Shown: one piece after another, positions 49,205-59,336 of the stretch
Layout of the letters: each line of letters begins with the position of its first letter
Position numbering within the stretch: position 1 is the stretch's first letter
Origin: Candidatus Latescibacterota bacterium
GTDB lineage: Bacteria; Latescibacterota; UBA2968; GCA-2709665
NCBI GenBank assembly: GCA_965116875.1
Contig: OZ220733.1
Coordinates: 3,904,001 to 3,968,000 of the forward strand
Direction: 5' to 3'
DNA length: 64,000 nucleotides
Notes under the pieces: generated by a model
Told to the model about the DNA's origin: nothing
Database searches by the model: none
What the model saw: the letters and a program-made list of their open reading frames with translations, nothing else
Made by a program: the position numbers and the translations under genes

Positions 49205-50959
49205 ATGACTCGGATTGACCCCGTAACGCGCGAGATCATGCAGAATGCGCTTGCCGCCGCCGCCGATGAAATGAGCGCCGCGCTGTATCGAACGGCCTAT
49301 TCCACCATCGTGCGCGACTGCCTGGACTATTCCACGTCGCTGTGCAACGCAAAGGGACAGATGATCGCGCAGGGCGTGACGATTCCGCTGCATCTGGGAT
49401 CCGTCCCGTACGCAATGGCCGCGCTGTTCGAGCGCTTCGGCGATGAGATCCACCCCGGCGACGTGTTTATTCTGAACGACCCCTTCGACGGCGGGATGCA
49501 CATTCCGGATATATTCATCGTGCAGCCGGTTTTCTGGGAGGGTCAGCGAGTGGCTTTCGCGGTGAGTACGGCGCACCATCTGGACCTTGGCGGACGCCTG
49601 CCGGGGAGTTCCGCCTGCGATAACACGGAGATCTTCCAGGAAGGCATCCGCATTCCGTGGCTCAAGCTCTATCACAGGGGCGAGCCCGACGAGTCTATAT
49701 TTTCCCTGATTCGTACGAACGTGCGGGTGCCCCAGATGACGATCGGGGACATCAGGGCGCAGTTGGCGGCCTGCCACATCGGCGAGCGGGCGGTGCATTC
49801 ACTGATCGAACGGTACGGGCACGACACGTTCCAGGCGGGCTCGCAGGATCTGATCGACTACACGGAACGGCTGGTACGTTCGGAGATTGCATCCTGGCCC
49901 GATGGATCCCATTCCTTCACGGACTATCTGGACAGCGACGGTGTCGGCGGCCCCCGGGTGCGAATCAGGGTGAAAATGACCGTGCGGGGAGACTCGCTGA
50001 CGGCGGACTTCACGGGGACGGACCCTCAGGTGCGCGGGGCGGTCAACAGTACGCTCTCGTTTACGGCGGCGGTGGTTGCCCTGTGCGTGCGTGCCGTGAT
50101 GCGGGAGGACATTCCGAATACCGAAGGGTTGTTCAGTCCTCTGGAAATTGTCGCGCCCGAAGGCACGCTCGTGAACGTACGGATGCCGGGCGCGTCGTCC
50201 ATGCGCGGCGTGACGGGGTTCCGGATGACGGACGTGGTGTTCGGCGCGCTGTCCGGGCTGCTGCCGGAGCGCGTGCTGGCCGCTGGCGAGGGGGGCAATT
50301 CGCTGGTCATCATCGGTGGTCAGCGGCAGGACAGGTCGCACTATGTCTACTATGAACTGCTCTCCGGGACCTGGGGCGCGCGGCCGGACCGGGACGGAAA
50401 CGACGGGTTGTGCAATCCTGCGAACGTGGCCAGCAACATCCCCGTTGAACAGGCCGAGTGTGAATACCCGGTGAGAATCGACCGCTACGGGCTGGTTTGC
50501 GACAGCGGGGGCGCAGGACGATTCCGGGGCGGAATGGCGATCGAGCGGGAGTGGACCCTGCTCTCGGGCGAGGCGCACCTGGCGATCCGGTCCGATCGGA
50601 GAGACCACCTGCCGTACGGCCTCTACGGCGGTAAGCCGGCGACGGGATCGACCAATGTACTTTACAGCGGGAACGGCCGCGAGGAGTTGCCGACCATGAT
50701 ATCGACGTCGATGTCGGCGGGAGACCGGATCTACCACCGGCAGGCGGGCGGCGGCGGCTGGGGCGATGCGACGGAACGTGATCCTGCCGCTGTCGCGCGG
50801 GACGTCAGGAACGGGAGGGTTTCGGCGAACAGGGCGCGGAAGCAGTACGGCGTGGTGATCGATCCCGGGACGTTTGACGTCGACATGACAGAAACCGCGG
50901 ACGTGAGGCGGCGGATGGCCGGACAGGATACCGGGCCCGGCGGCGGCAACACGGGTTGA
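49205..50959 (+). CDS. hydantoinase B/oxoprolinase subunit
   Basis: AYSTIVRD..DYS, NDPF.GG.H.PD, HHLD.GG, QEG, SGGAGRFRGG, GGGGWG. Confidence 0.93.
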   Translation: MTRIDPVTREIMQNALAAAADEMSAALYRTAYSTIVRDCLDYSTSLCNAKGQMIAQGVTIPLHLGSVPYAMAALFERFGDEIHPGDVFILNDPFDGGMHIPDIFIVQPVFWEGQRVAFAVSTAHHLDLGGRLPGSSACDNTEIFQEGIRIPWLKLYHRGEPDESIFSLIRTNVRVPQMTIGDIRAQLAACHIGERAVHSLIERYGHDTFQAGSQDLIDYTERLVRSEIASWPDGSHSFTDYLDSDGVGGPRVRIRVKMTVRGDSLTADFTGTDPQVRGAVNSTLSFTAAVVALCVRAVMREDIPNTEGLFSPLEIVAPEGTLVNVRMPGASSMRGVTGFRMTDVVFGALSGLLPERVLAAGEGGNSLVIIGGQRQDRSHYVYYELLSGTWGARPDRDGNDGLCNPANVASNIPVEQAECEYPVRIDRYGLVCDSGGAGRFRGGMAIEREWTLLSGEAHLAIRSDRRDHLPYGLYGGKPATGSTNVLYSGNGREELPTMISTSMSAGDRIYHRQAGGGGWGDATERDPAAVARDVRNGRVSANRARKQYGVVIDPGTFDVDMTETADVRRRMAGQDTGPGGGNTG

Positions 50960-50984
50960 CTCGAAAGTGGAATGGTGATATATT
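50956..50984 (+). promoter_or_regulatory. sigma70 promoter with extended -10 for the ankyrin gene
   Basis: TTGACT-17 bp-TATATT with TGn. Confidence 0.6.
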
Positions 50985-51033
50985 TAAATCGGGACGGAAT
51001 GTAGTGTAACCCGATTCATATAGGAGGCAGCCT

Positions 51034-51873
51034 ATGTCCGGAAAAGTCAATCGTTTCGTGCTGTTTCTGCTGGTGTTGGGGTTCGCGGGCTGCGGCGCGC
51101 CGCTCACGGAATTGTCACGTCGAGGGGACGTCAATGGGGTTCAGCGGGCCCTCGATCGCGGGAGCGACGTGAATGCCAGGACGCCGCAGGGCCACAGCCC
51201 GTTGACGCTGGCTTCCAGAGAGGGTCATCTCGAGATTGTCCTCGCCCTCCTCCGTGAAGGCGCGGACGTCGACGCGGTGGCCTGGACCGTCGGCGCCCAC
51301 ACCGTCGAAAGCCAGGATCGTCACGGCGGCTATGCGTTCATCAGGGAACGGTATGCCAACCCCGACAGTTCGGGGCCCCAGTCCAGGTTCATGGCGCAGC
51401 GGACCCGCGGTTCGGCGTACTGGGTGTTGAGAGACGGAAAGACCGCGTTGATGCTTGCCGCCGAGGCCGGCCACCTGGACGTGGTCAAGGCGCTTGTTGA
51501 AGGCGGCTCCGCCCTGTTCGCCACAAGCGGCGGCGAAGTCGTAACCTCCGGAATGCCGTCATACAGGGACTACGACGGGATACTCGCGGGTTATACCGGC
51601 GCGCAGCCGGAAGATATCAGACGTGAAGACGGCAAACAAGGTGGCAGTTACTACGGTCCGGAGCATGGCCGCGTCTTATATTACGATGTTGTCGATTCCG
51701 ACCTTCCATCCTGGACGATCGGAGGCAGCACGGCGCTGGACTTCGCTTACCTGAACGGACATAAGGAAATCATCGACTTCCTCCTGGAATCGGGCGCCGG
51801 GATGACCCCGTCGACTCTGAAACGCGAACTTCCATCGTCACCTGAGAACGTGATCGATGTCTCGAACAATTAA
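51034..51873 (+). CDS. ankyrin-repeat lipoprotein with insertions between repeats
   Basis: Lipobox FAGC; GHSPLTLASREGH, GKTALMLAAEAGH, GSTALDFAYLNGH. Confidence 0.85.
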   Translation: MSGKVNRFVLFLLVLGFAGCGAPLTELSRRGDVNGVQRALDRGSDVNARTPQGHSPLTLASREGHLEIVLALLREGADVDAVAWTVGAHTVESQDRHGGYAFIRERYANPDSSGPQSRFMAQRTRGSAYWVLRDGKTALMLAAEAGHLDVVKALVEGGSALFATSGGEVVTSGMPSYRDYDGILAGYTGAQPEDIRREDGKQGGSYYGPEHGRVLYYDVVDSDLPSWTIGGSTALDFAYLNGHKEIIDFLLESGAGMTPSTLKRELPSSPENVIDVSNN

Positions 51874-51960
51874 ACGCCTCGCGGTGCGGGATTTCTCTTA
51901 CGAAAACGGACATACGTACGTCGTCGATCTCCTCCTGGAAGCCGGCGCGCTGGCGCGTAA
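51874..51960 (+). pseudogene. relic ankyrin repeat downstream of the stop codon
   Basis: Shifted frame reads AVRDFSYENGHTYVVDLLLEAGA, resembling the last repeat TALDFAYLNGHKEIIDFLLESGA. Confidence 0.6.
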
Positions 51961-52092
51961 TTCCCGTACAAAATAGGTCCCCAGGCGGTCCGTTCGGTAT
52001 GAGATGCGGTCTCGTAACAGGGAAACGTGGCGAGGCCGTTTTCTGTTAGATTCAGGCTGATCGCCTTGTCCCTGCATTCAGGGTGAAGGATA

Positions 52093-53685
52093 ATGGACCT
52101 GGTCATTTCCGGCGGAACCGTGGTCGACGGAACCGGCGCCGCTCCCGTCCCCGGCGACGTGGCCGTGGCGGACGGGCGGATCGTCGGCGTCGGCCGGTTC
52201 TCGCAGCCCGAGGGCGTGCCGTGTGTGGATGCGTCCGGTTGCTACGTAACGCCGGGATTTATCGATATCCACAGTCATTCCGATTTCACCCTGATGATCG
52301 ACCCCCGGGCGGTGAGCTCGATCACGCAGGGCGTGACGCTGGAGGTGGTGGGCAACTGCGGGCACGGAAGCGCACCGATAGGCGATCCGGAGCGAACGCG
52401 GGCGAACATATATGGATGCAGATCCGGGTATGAGATCGACTGGCGCACCGTGGGCGAGTACCTGGATCGCCTGGAGGACCGGCGCCCGGCTGTAAATGTA
52501 ATGACCCTGGTGCCGAACGGCAACCTGAGGCTGGCTGTCTGCGACGCGCTGGACCGTCCGTCCACGCCGGACGAACTGGGTAAGATGAAACGCCTCCTGG
52601 CGCAGGGGATGGAAGAAGGGGCCGTGGGGTATTCCACGGGCCTGGAATACGGTCCGGAACGGGATTGCCCCGAGGACGAGATTTCCGGGCTCTGTGCGAT
52701 TGCCGCGGAATACGGCGGAATCTACACGACACATACCCGAAACCGTCCGGGCGAGGCGGAGGAGGCCATCGCCGAGTCGATCCGTACGGCTGAAATGGCC
52801 GGTGCGCCTCTGCAGATCTCGCATATTTCTTCCGTTGCCAGGCTGGCCGACGACGGCGGACGGGCCGTCGATCGGGCGCTCGAACAGGTGGACGGGGCTC
52901 GCGGCGGCGGGCTGGACGTGCATTTCGATATGCACACGCGACTCTTCGGCACAACCAATCTGAGCGCGGCGCTGCCGCTTTGGGTGATGGAGGGAAGTTC
53001 AAAGGAAATCGCGGGTCGGCTGCGCGATCCATCCGTGCGTCGCGAAATGGAAGACGGCGAGAGTATCGTTACCTCTCTGGCGCAGGGAGACTGGGAGCGG
53101 ATCGTCGTCTTTCACTCGCCCGCGCAGCCCGAGCTCGCCGGGAAGAGTATTGCAGATCTTGCCGCTGCCGGAACCGGAAACGTCTATGACGTCATCTGCG
53201 ACATGCTGATTGCAGCGTCCGACCGGCTGCACGAGATGATGGTAATCGCGTTCAGCTATCGCGAGTCGGACGTCCGGCCGGCATTCGAACACCCGTTCTG
53301 TATGGTCGGCTCGGACGCGACCGCGCTCGCAACGGACGGGCCGTTGAAGGACGATACGTTCCACGGCGCCTATACCTGGGCATCCTGGTTCTTTCGTCAT
53401 TTCGTCCGGGACCGGAAGCTGTTCCCCCCGCAGGAAGCCGTGCGCAGGCTGACGTCTCTGCCGGCTTCCCGGCTGGGGTTGTCCGAACGCGGCGTGATCC
53501 GCAATGGGGCGCATGCGGACCTGGCCGTTTTCGATCCGAAGGTGTTCGCCGAGCGGGGAACCACGTTCCAGCCGAACCGGACGGCAGCGGGCATGCGTCA
53601 CGTGCTGGTAAACGGCGGTGTTGCGGTGCGGGACGGCGTCCTTTCGGGACAGCGATACGGACGGGTGTTGCGGCGCGAGGCCTGA
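52093..53685 (+). CDS. N-acyl-D-amino-acid deacylase family amidohydrolase
   Basis: GGTVVDGTG, PGFIDIHSHSD, GNCG, STGLEY, GSDA, ADLAVFDP. Confidence 0.92.
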   Translation: MDLVISGGTVVDGTGAAPVPGDVAVADGRIVGVGRFSQPEGVPCVDASGCYVTPGFIDIHSHSDFTLMIDPRAVSSITQGVTLEVVGNCGHGSAPIGDPERTRANIYGCRSGYEIDWRTVGEYLDRLEDRRPAVNVMTLVPNGNLRLAVCDALDRPSTPDELGKMKRLLAQGMEEGAVGYSTGLEYGPERDCPEDEISGLCAIAAEYGGIYTTHTRNRPGEAEEAIAESIRTAEMAGAPLQISHISSVARLADDGGRAVDRALEQVDGARGGGLDVHFDMHTRLFGTTNLSAALPLWVMEGSSKEIAGRLRDPSVRREMEDGESIVTSLAQGDWERIVVFHSPAQPELAGKSIADLAAAGTGNVYDVICDMLIAASDRLHEMMVIAFSYRESDVRPAFEHPFCMVGSDATALATDGPLKDDTFHGAYTWASWFFRHFVRDRKLFPPQEAVRRLTSLPASRLGLSERGVIRNGAHADLAVFDPKVFAERGTTFQPNRTAAGMRHVLVNGGVAVRDGVLSGQRYGRVLRREA

Positions 53686-53723
53686 ACATCGCCACCTTCG
53701 TGGAACGGGAAGTGAGGAATTCC

Positions 53724-54725
53724 ATGGGTCGAAACTCGATTTCAGGACCGATTCACTGGAGGTTCAGCGATGAAAACCCGGTGATCGCTCCGGGTCAATT
53801 GCACGCGGATATGGATAGCCGCCGCGCCGGCGCTGCCCACGTCCTGCAGATCTGGGACCGGTACCGGATGTATTACTGGGGAACCGGAACGAACGGGTTT
53901 CACCGCATTCTGATTGCCGAAAGCCCGGTGGACGAGCCCAACGACTGGAAGCCCGTGGGCGTGGCGCTCAGCCGGCAGCCGGACACGGCGTATAACGACG
54001 AAGGGCCGGGTTTTCCGTTTGTGGTCCCGAGGGACGACGGCCCCTGGCTCCTGTATTTCTGCGGATGGGGAAAACCCAGGGCGGACGGCAAACTTCCCAA
54101 TACCACGGGCGTGGCAGTCAGCGAAGACGGCGGGTACCGGTTCCGCTATCCGAAACGGGAACCGATTCTGCCGCTGGACCGGGACTGGGACCGGGAGGGA
54201 ACCGGAAGCGTGTGTGTCTTACGGTTCAATGACCTCTATCATATGTACTATACGTCTATCGGGTCCTATTTCACCCGTCCCGAAGGCGCTGTCACGGGCC
54301 ACGGAGACGTCATTCCCCGCATCGGCGTTGCCTGTGCGGCGTCGCAGGACGGGTTGGTATGGACCAAACCGCAGAATGGTCTGATGGTCGCACCGAGGGG
54401 TTTCGAGACCGAGCCCTACGAGTACATCTGTTCGAAGCCCTTCATCCTGCGGGAACCCGGCGGCTACCGGATGTGGGTGAACACGTTCGGCACGGCCTAT
54501 CGGATGAGGAGTCTGGTCGGACCCGACGGCATGGACTGGCGCTGGTGCGAAAGCGGGCCCGACGGGGAGTTTGGTGTGGGCAGGCCGGGAGCGTTCGACG
54601 ACAGGCAGCGTTGCTACGCGAGTGTCGTCAGGTGTGGCGAGGAATACCGTTGCTGGTATACGGGAAACCGGTTTGGCGCGACAGGGATGGGGTATGCGGT
54701 TGGGAGGCTCGAGAGCGAGGGATAG
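53724..54725 (+). CDS. five-bladed beta-propeller, glycoside hydrolase-like protein
   Basis: Repeated YRMYY/YRCWY blades, S.DG..W motifs. Confidence 0.72.
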   Translation: MGRNSISGPIHWRFSDENPVIAPGQLHADMDSRRAGAAHVLQIWDRYRMYYWGTGTNGFHRILIAESPVDEPNDWKPVGVALSRQPDTAYNDEGPGFPFVVPRDDGPWLLYFCGWGKPRADGKLPNTTGVAVSEDGGYRFRYPKREPILPLDRDWDREGTGSVCVLRFNDLYHMYYTSIGSYFTRPEGAVTGHGDVIPRIGVACAASQDGLVWTKPQNGLMVAPRGFETEPYEYICSKPFILREPGGYRMWVNTFGTAYRMRSLVGPDGMDWRWCESGPDGEFGVGRPGAFDDRQRCYASVVRCGEEYRCWYTGNRFGATGMGYAVGRLESEG

Positions 54726-54820
54726 CCGGGATTTCCGATGCGGATCTGACGGATCGGGTCCTCAGGTCGTATGGATCTTCACAGCCAGGTGTACCTGCGG
54801 GAAAATCGGGAGAGCGACCC

Positions 54821-55543
54821 ATGAAGCTGGATGAGTCGAAGCTGCGGCAGTACAGGCAAGATGGATATACAACGGTGGAAGGGCTGATATCTACAGCCGA
54901 GGCGGCCGCGGCGCGGAAGCGGCTTCTGGAGATTCTGGAAGGAGAGCATGACTGGCCGGACCTGCATTTTCAGGTCCTGGACCCCGGGAAGCACCGCAAC
55001 AAAAGGGGTGGATTCGTACCGATCGGCGTCCAGAGGCCGGCCAGACAGGAGGCCGTCTTCCGGGACATTGCGGACCACGCCAATCTGCAGGGAGCGATGG
55101 CCCAACTCCTGGGCGGCCCGGTGAAGCGTTTTACGGATCAGGCGCTGATCAAGAACCGGGCGATCGACGGCCAGTCGTTCTATCACCAGGACTCCTACTA
55201 CTGGAAAATCGAGCCGGGACGCGGGTGCAACGCCTGGATCGCGCTGGACGAAGTCGGGTTGGACGCCAGCGCGCTGGGCATCCTTCCGGAGACCCAGAGG
55301 GATTGGACGCTGGCGCCTCACGAGAAGTACTTCGATGAGCCCAACTATTACGCCGCGCGTACAGGAGAAGCATTTACCCGATGGCGGATTCCAACGGAAG
55401 ATTCGGACCTGTCCGATGAGGTCGTGCTGCCGATGCAGCCTGGAGACGCCGCGTTCTTCTCGAATTACACCTGGCATCGTTCCGAGGTAAACCGTTCGGG
55501 CCAGCACAAGACGGCCTACGCGATCGCGTATCAGTTGCGATAG
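54821..55543 (+). CDS. phytanoyl-CoA dioxygenase (PhyH) family Fe(II)/2OG enzyme
   Basis: Y..DGY, HQD..YW, WIALD, PGDA.FF...TWHRS. Confidence 0.88.
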   Translation: MKLDESKLRQYRQDGYTTVEGLISTAEAAAARKRLLEILEGEHDWPDLHFQVLDPGKHRNKRGGFVPIGVQRPARQEAVFRDIADHANLQGAMAQLLGGPVKRFTDQALIKNRAIDGQSFYHQDSYYWKIEPGRGCNAWIALDEVGLDASALGILPETQRDWTLAPHEKYFDEPNYYAARTGEAFTRWRIPTEDSDLSDEVVLPMQPGDAAFFSNYTWHRSEVNRSGQHKTAYAIAYQLR

Positions 55544-55633
55544 CGGCCGAAGACGGCGACGGTTCGAACGTGGACCCTTGCGCAGGTTGGGGACAGATCT
55601 GCATCCGGCATTGTTGCTGAGGAGAAGGTACCT

Positions 55634-57082
55634 ATGGTTCGGGGAAAAGAGCGTGCGCCGACTTCCCGCGTGCGTTTCGGCTTCGCGCGCGTGGACATGA
55701 CGCCGCCGGTGGGAATCTATCACCGCATGTGGGGCGCGGCCAGGCACGACAGGGCCACGGGCGTTCATCGCCCGATTCTTGGAGACGTGCTGGTTTTTGA
55801 ATCAGTGGACGCGCCGGAGGAGATTCGGCTGGTTCGGGCGCATCTGGACCTCGTCGGTCTGGTCGCGAAACAGTATGCTGCTCTTGTGAAGGCGCTCGGC
55901 GCCGCCGCGGGGGTCGGTCGGGACCAGGTGGACGTGACGTTCTCCCACACCCACGCCTCCGGATGGTACGCGCCGGATCGTTTCGGCATGCCCGGTGGCG
56001 AGCTGATCGAGCCGTTTCTGAAGGACGTGGAAGATAAGCTGGCGGAGGCATGCGGCGAGGCGATATCGGGAATGCGGGAGGTGCTGATCACCTACGCCTC
56101 GGGTCATTGCGGCATGGCGGCCGACAGGGATTACCGGGATGAGGCGTTCGAAGGATACGTCTGCGGGTACAATCCCGAAGGCAACGGCGACGATGCCCTG
56201 CTGGTGGGTCGTCTTGCTGAAGGAGACGGCAGGACCGTGGCGACGGTGGTGAATTACGGATGCCACCCGACCACGCTTGCCTGGGAAAATACGCTGATCA
56301 GCCCGGATTACGTGGGCGCGATGCGGGAAGAGGTGGAGCGGGTGACCGGGGCGCCCTGCACGTTCGTGCTGGCGCCGTGCGGGGATCTGGGTCCGAAAGA
56401 CGGATTCGTGGGGGACCTCGACGTCGCAGACAGGAACGGACGCCAGCTTGGGTTTGCGGCGCTTTCCGTTCTGATGTCGATGGGACCGCCGGGCACGGAT
56501 TTCGAATACCGGGGTCCTGTGATCTCGGGCGCCACGATTGGTACGTGGGCGCACGCGGCATTCGGACGGGAGCGATTGCACGAGGTTGCCGCCTTCGCCC
56601 GCGGCGTGTATTCGGTGGATCTGCCGATGAAAGAACGCCGGGACCCGGAATCGCTCCAGGATGAACTGGCGCGGTGGTCGGAAGCCGAACGGGCGGCCGA
56701 TGCGGCCGGAGACGCGGCGGAGGCGCGATTATGCGGCGCCCGGGCGGAGCGGGCCAGGCGATGGCTGGCGCGGATCGCGAATCTGCCGCCGGGCGAGACA
56801 TATCCGTATCGATTCTCCGTATGCCGTATGGGAGACGCGATCTGGGTGACGTGCGGCGGGGAGCCCTACAGCGATCTTCAGGTGGCGTTGCGACGACGAT
56901 TTCCCCGGCTCGCGATTCTGGTATCTCCTCTGGCGGGCAATGTACAGGTCGCTTACCTGCTGCGGAAAGAGGCGTACGGCAGGGGTCTCTACCAGGAGGA
57001 ACCGTCGAGTCTCGCGCCCGGCTGCCTGGAAATCCTGACCGGTGCGATTGAAGAACGAATCGAAGAGATCGTCGCTGAATAG
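55634..57082 (+). CDS. neutral/alkaline ceramidase N-terminal-like hydrolase
   Basis: DMTPP, SHTHA, NYGCHPT, ISPDYVG, GEPY. Confidence 0.75.
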   Translation: MVRGKERAPTSRVRFGFARVDMTPPVGIYHRMWGAARHDRATGVHRPILGDVLVFESVDAPEEIRLVRAHLDLVGLVAKQYAALVKALGAAAGVGRDQVDVTFSHTHASGWYAPDRFGMPGGELIEPFLKDVEDKLAEACGEAISGMREVLITYASGHCGMAADRDYRDEAFEGYVCGYNPEGNGDDALLVGRLAEGDGRTVATVVNYGCHPTTLAWENTLISPDYVGAMREEVERVTGAPCTFVLAPCGDLGPKDGFVGDLDVADRNGRQLGFAALSVLMSMGPPGTDFEYRGPVISGATIGTWAHAAFGRERLHEVAAFARGVYSVDLPMKERRDPESLQDELARWSEAERAADAAGDAAEARLCGARAERARRWLARIANLPPGETYPYRFSVCRMGDAIWVTCGGEPYSDLQVALRRRFPRLAILVSPLAGNVQVAYLLRKEAYGRGLYQEEPSSLAPGCLEILTGAIEERIEEIVAE

Positions 57083-57105
57083 TGGGGTAACAGGGAGGAC
57101 AGGAG

Positions 57106-57990
57106 ATGGCCGAACTCGTATATCGTCCGGCTGCCGACGCGTATCATTTCGAAACGGAGGCGATGACCGGCGAAATCCGCGCGTCGGGAAACTATCACGG
57201 GGTGTGGACGCTTACGGACAAAGTCACCGGCAGGCAGGTGGTCCACCCGCAATTTTCGGCATTGAACCTGTTCCGGCTGTTCGCGGTGCACCAGGGTCTG
57301 GATCAACCCCGTCTGATGGACCGGACCGTCGACGTCCGGGACAACGTTATCGAAATACACTGGTCCGCCACTGAAACCCATCAGGGCGCGTTGACGGCCC
57401 GCTACGAGGTGGTCGAGCCGAATTGCATCGACCTGGCGGTGACGGTAGCGTGCGAGGGGACGTATGCGGGATATGAGCTCTTCCTGTCCAACTATTTCGA
57501 CAAGACGCTGCGGCCCCACGTCTATCTGCACGGAAGCCGTTACGGCCGGGCAAGCGAGGCTCCCGAACGGGTTGTGCCGATGGTGAATGACGTCTTTCGA
57601 GGGACCGTCATCGTGTTTCCGCGGGACCCGCACGCCGCGAGGCGCTGCGTCGACGGGCGGTGGAACCGCAGTGAGAACAATTCACCCACCGTGCAGATGT
57701 GCCCGGTCCGGTACTACGGCTATCCGTTCTCGTTCCTGACCGACGTCGGGAATCGTCTGGGCGTTGTGCTGATGTCGACGGAGGCGGACTGCTATGCGAT
57801 CAGCACGCGCTACCACGTGGACGACGAAGCCGATCGAATGACGGATTACAGCGCGTTCGATTTCTCGTTGTTCGGCGACGACCTCGTACCCGGCAGCCGT
57901 CGCACGGTCCGGATGCGGTTGGCGTTGACAGAGATCGATGAGGAAATGTCCCAGCCCCTGGCGCATTATCAGACGTTTGCGGAGGGTTGA
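57106..57990 (+). CDS. hypothetical protein (beta-rich, possibly mutarotase-like fold)
   Basis: 294-aa ORF with strong RBS AGGAG, co-oriented in the operon. Confidence 0.7.
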   Translation: MAELVYRPAADAYHFETEAMTGEIRASGNYHGVWTLTDKVTGRQVVHPQFSALNLFRLFAVHQGLDQPRLMDRTVDVRDNVIEIHWSATETHQGALTARYEVVEPNCIDLAVTVACEGTYAGYELFLSNYFDKTLRPHVYLHGSRYGRASEAPERVVPMVNDVFRGTVIVFPRDPHAARRCVDGRWNRSENNSPTVQMCPVRYYGYPFSFLTDVGNRLGVVLMSTEADCYAISTRYHVDDEADRMTDYSAFDFSLFGDDLVPGSRRTVRMRLALTEIDEEMSQPLAHYQTFAEG

Positions 57991-58076
57991 TGGCAACGGA
58001 CTGTCAGCGATGCTTTCCGTTATCCGGGACAATTTCTGGGTTGAATCGCGGCGGGCTTGTTCCTATTTTTACCAGG

Positions 58077-59270
58077 ATGAAACGACTGAATCAGGTTTGG
58101 GTCCGGCTCGCGTTTGCCGTCTTTGCGGCCGTGGTCGCGGCGGCATGTGGGAAGACACCGCCGACCGTGGACGACGATCTGTACGAAGAGTACCCCGGGT
58201 TGCCGTATGGGATCATGATCACCGTTGCCGGCACCGGAGATCCCGGCAGGAGCGCCACCGGAAACGGCCCCCTGGACACGGAATTGTATTTCCCCCAGGA
58301 CGTGGCCGTCGGCCCCGAGGGCCGGACGTACATTCTGGACTGGAACAACAATCGCGTTGTCGTGATCGACAACGGAACCGTCCGCCCCCTGATCGGCAAC
58401 GGCGAACCGGGCCAGGCGCTTACGGGTCCCGCGCTGGAAACAGGCGTCGATCATCCGGCACACATTTCGTTCGATCCGCAGGGGCGGTTGATCCTGTCGG
58501 CCTGGCAGAATTCGAGGATCCTTCGATACGACTTTTCCACGCGCCGGATCGGGACCATTGCCGGCACGGGCGATCGGGGGTTCAGCGGCGATGGCGGCCC
58601 CGCTCTGGACGCCTCGTTGAATCTGCCGAGTTCCACAGTCTTCGATCCGTCCGGTCGCATGTATATCTCCGATCAGGGCAACCTCCGCATTCGATTGGTC
58701 GATCTGAACGGCATCATCTCCACCGTTGCGGGCACCGGACGGGAGGGGTTTGCCGGGGACGGCGGTCCTGCGACCCTGGCCGACCTGTATGCGCCCACGG
58801 GTGACGCCGCACAGCCCGGCGGCCGGATTGCGATGGATAGCCGGGGCAACCTGTATATCGCCGATACGTTCAACAACCGGATACGCAAGGTGGATACCGC
58901 CGGCAGGATCGGCACGGTGGCCGGCGGGGGCAGTATCGGTGCAACCGCCGGTACGTATTCCGGGGACGGCGGTCCGGCAACCCAGGCCAGCCTTTCGCGG
59001 CCCAGCGACGTGGCCGTCGACGCGGAGGGGAATCTGTATATTGCCGATACCGGCAACCATTGTATCCGGAAGGTGGATACAGAGGGGACAATCACCACGC
59101 TTGCCGGCCGGTGCGGGGAGCCGGGATTCAAGGGCGACAGCGACCACCCGAGATGGGGAAAACTCAGGAGCCCCTATGGCGTCGCGCTCGACCGGGAAGA
59201 GAATCTGTACATCGCCGATACGTTCAACCATCGGATCCGCGTGGTGTACAAGCACATCGCCGTACGATGA
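58077..59270 (+). CDS. NHL-repeat (teneurin-like) beta-propeller lipoprotein
   Basis: Lipobox VAAAC; repeated GFSGDGGPA...P..VAVD..GNLYIADT.N.RIRKVD. Confidence 0.9.
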   Translation: MKRLNQVWVRLAFAVFAAVVAAACGKTPPTVDDDLYEEYPGLPYGIMITVAGTGDPGRSATGNGPLDTELYFPQDVAVGPEGRTYILDWNNNRVVVIDNGTVRPLIGNGEPGQALTGPALETGVDHPAHISFDPQGRLILSAWQNSRILRYDFSTRRIGTIAGTGDRGFSGDGGPALDASLNLPSSTVFDPSGRMYISDQGNLRIRLVDLNGIISTVAGTGREGFAGDGGPATLADLYAPTGDAAQPGGRIAMDSRGNLYIADTFNNRIRKVDTAGRIGTVAGGGSIGATAGTYSGDGGPATQASLSRPSDVAVDAEGNLYIADTGNHCIRKVDTEGTITTLAGRCGEPGFKGDSDHPRWGKLRSPYGVALDREENLYIADTFNHRIRVVYKHIAVR

Positions 59271-59336
59271 TCTTCCCGCCGGTGAGCGGGAGTCATGGCG
59301 ATCGGGATCTGATACCGTACCTTCAGGGGTGAGCAA

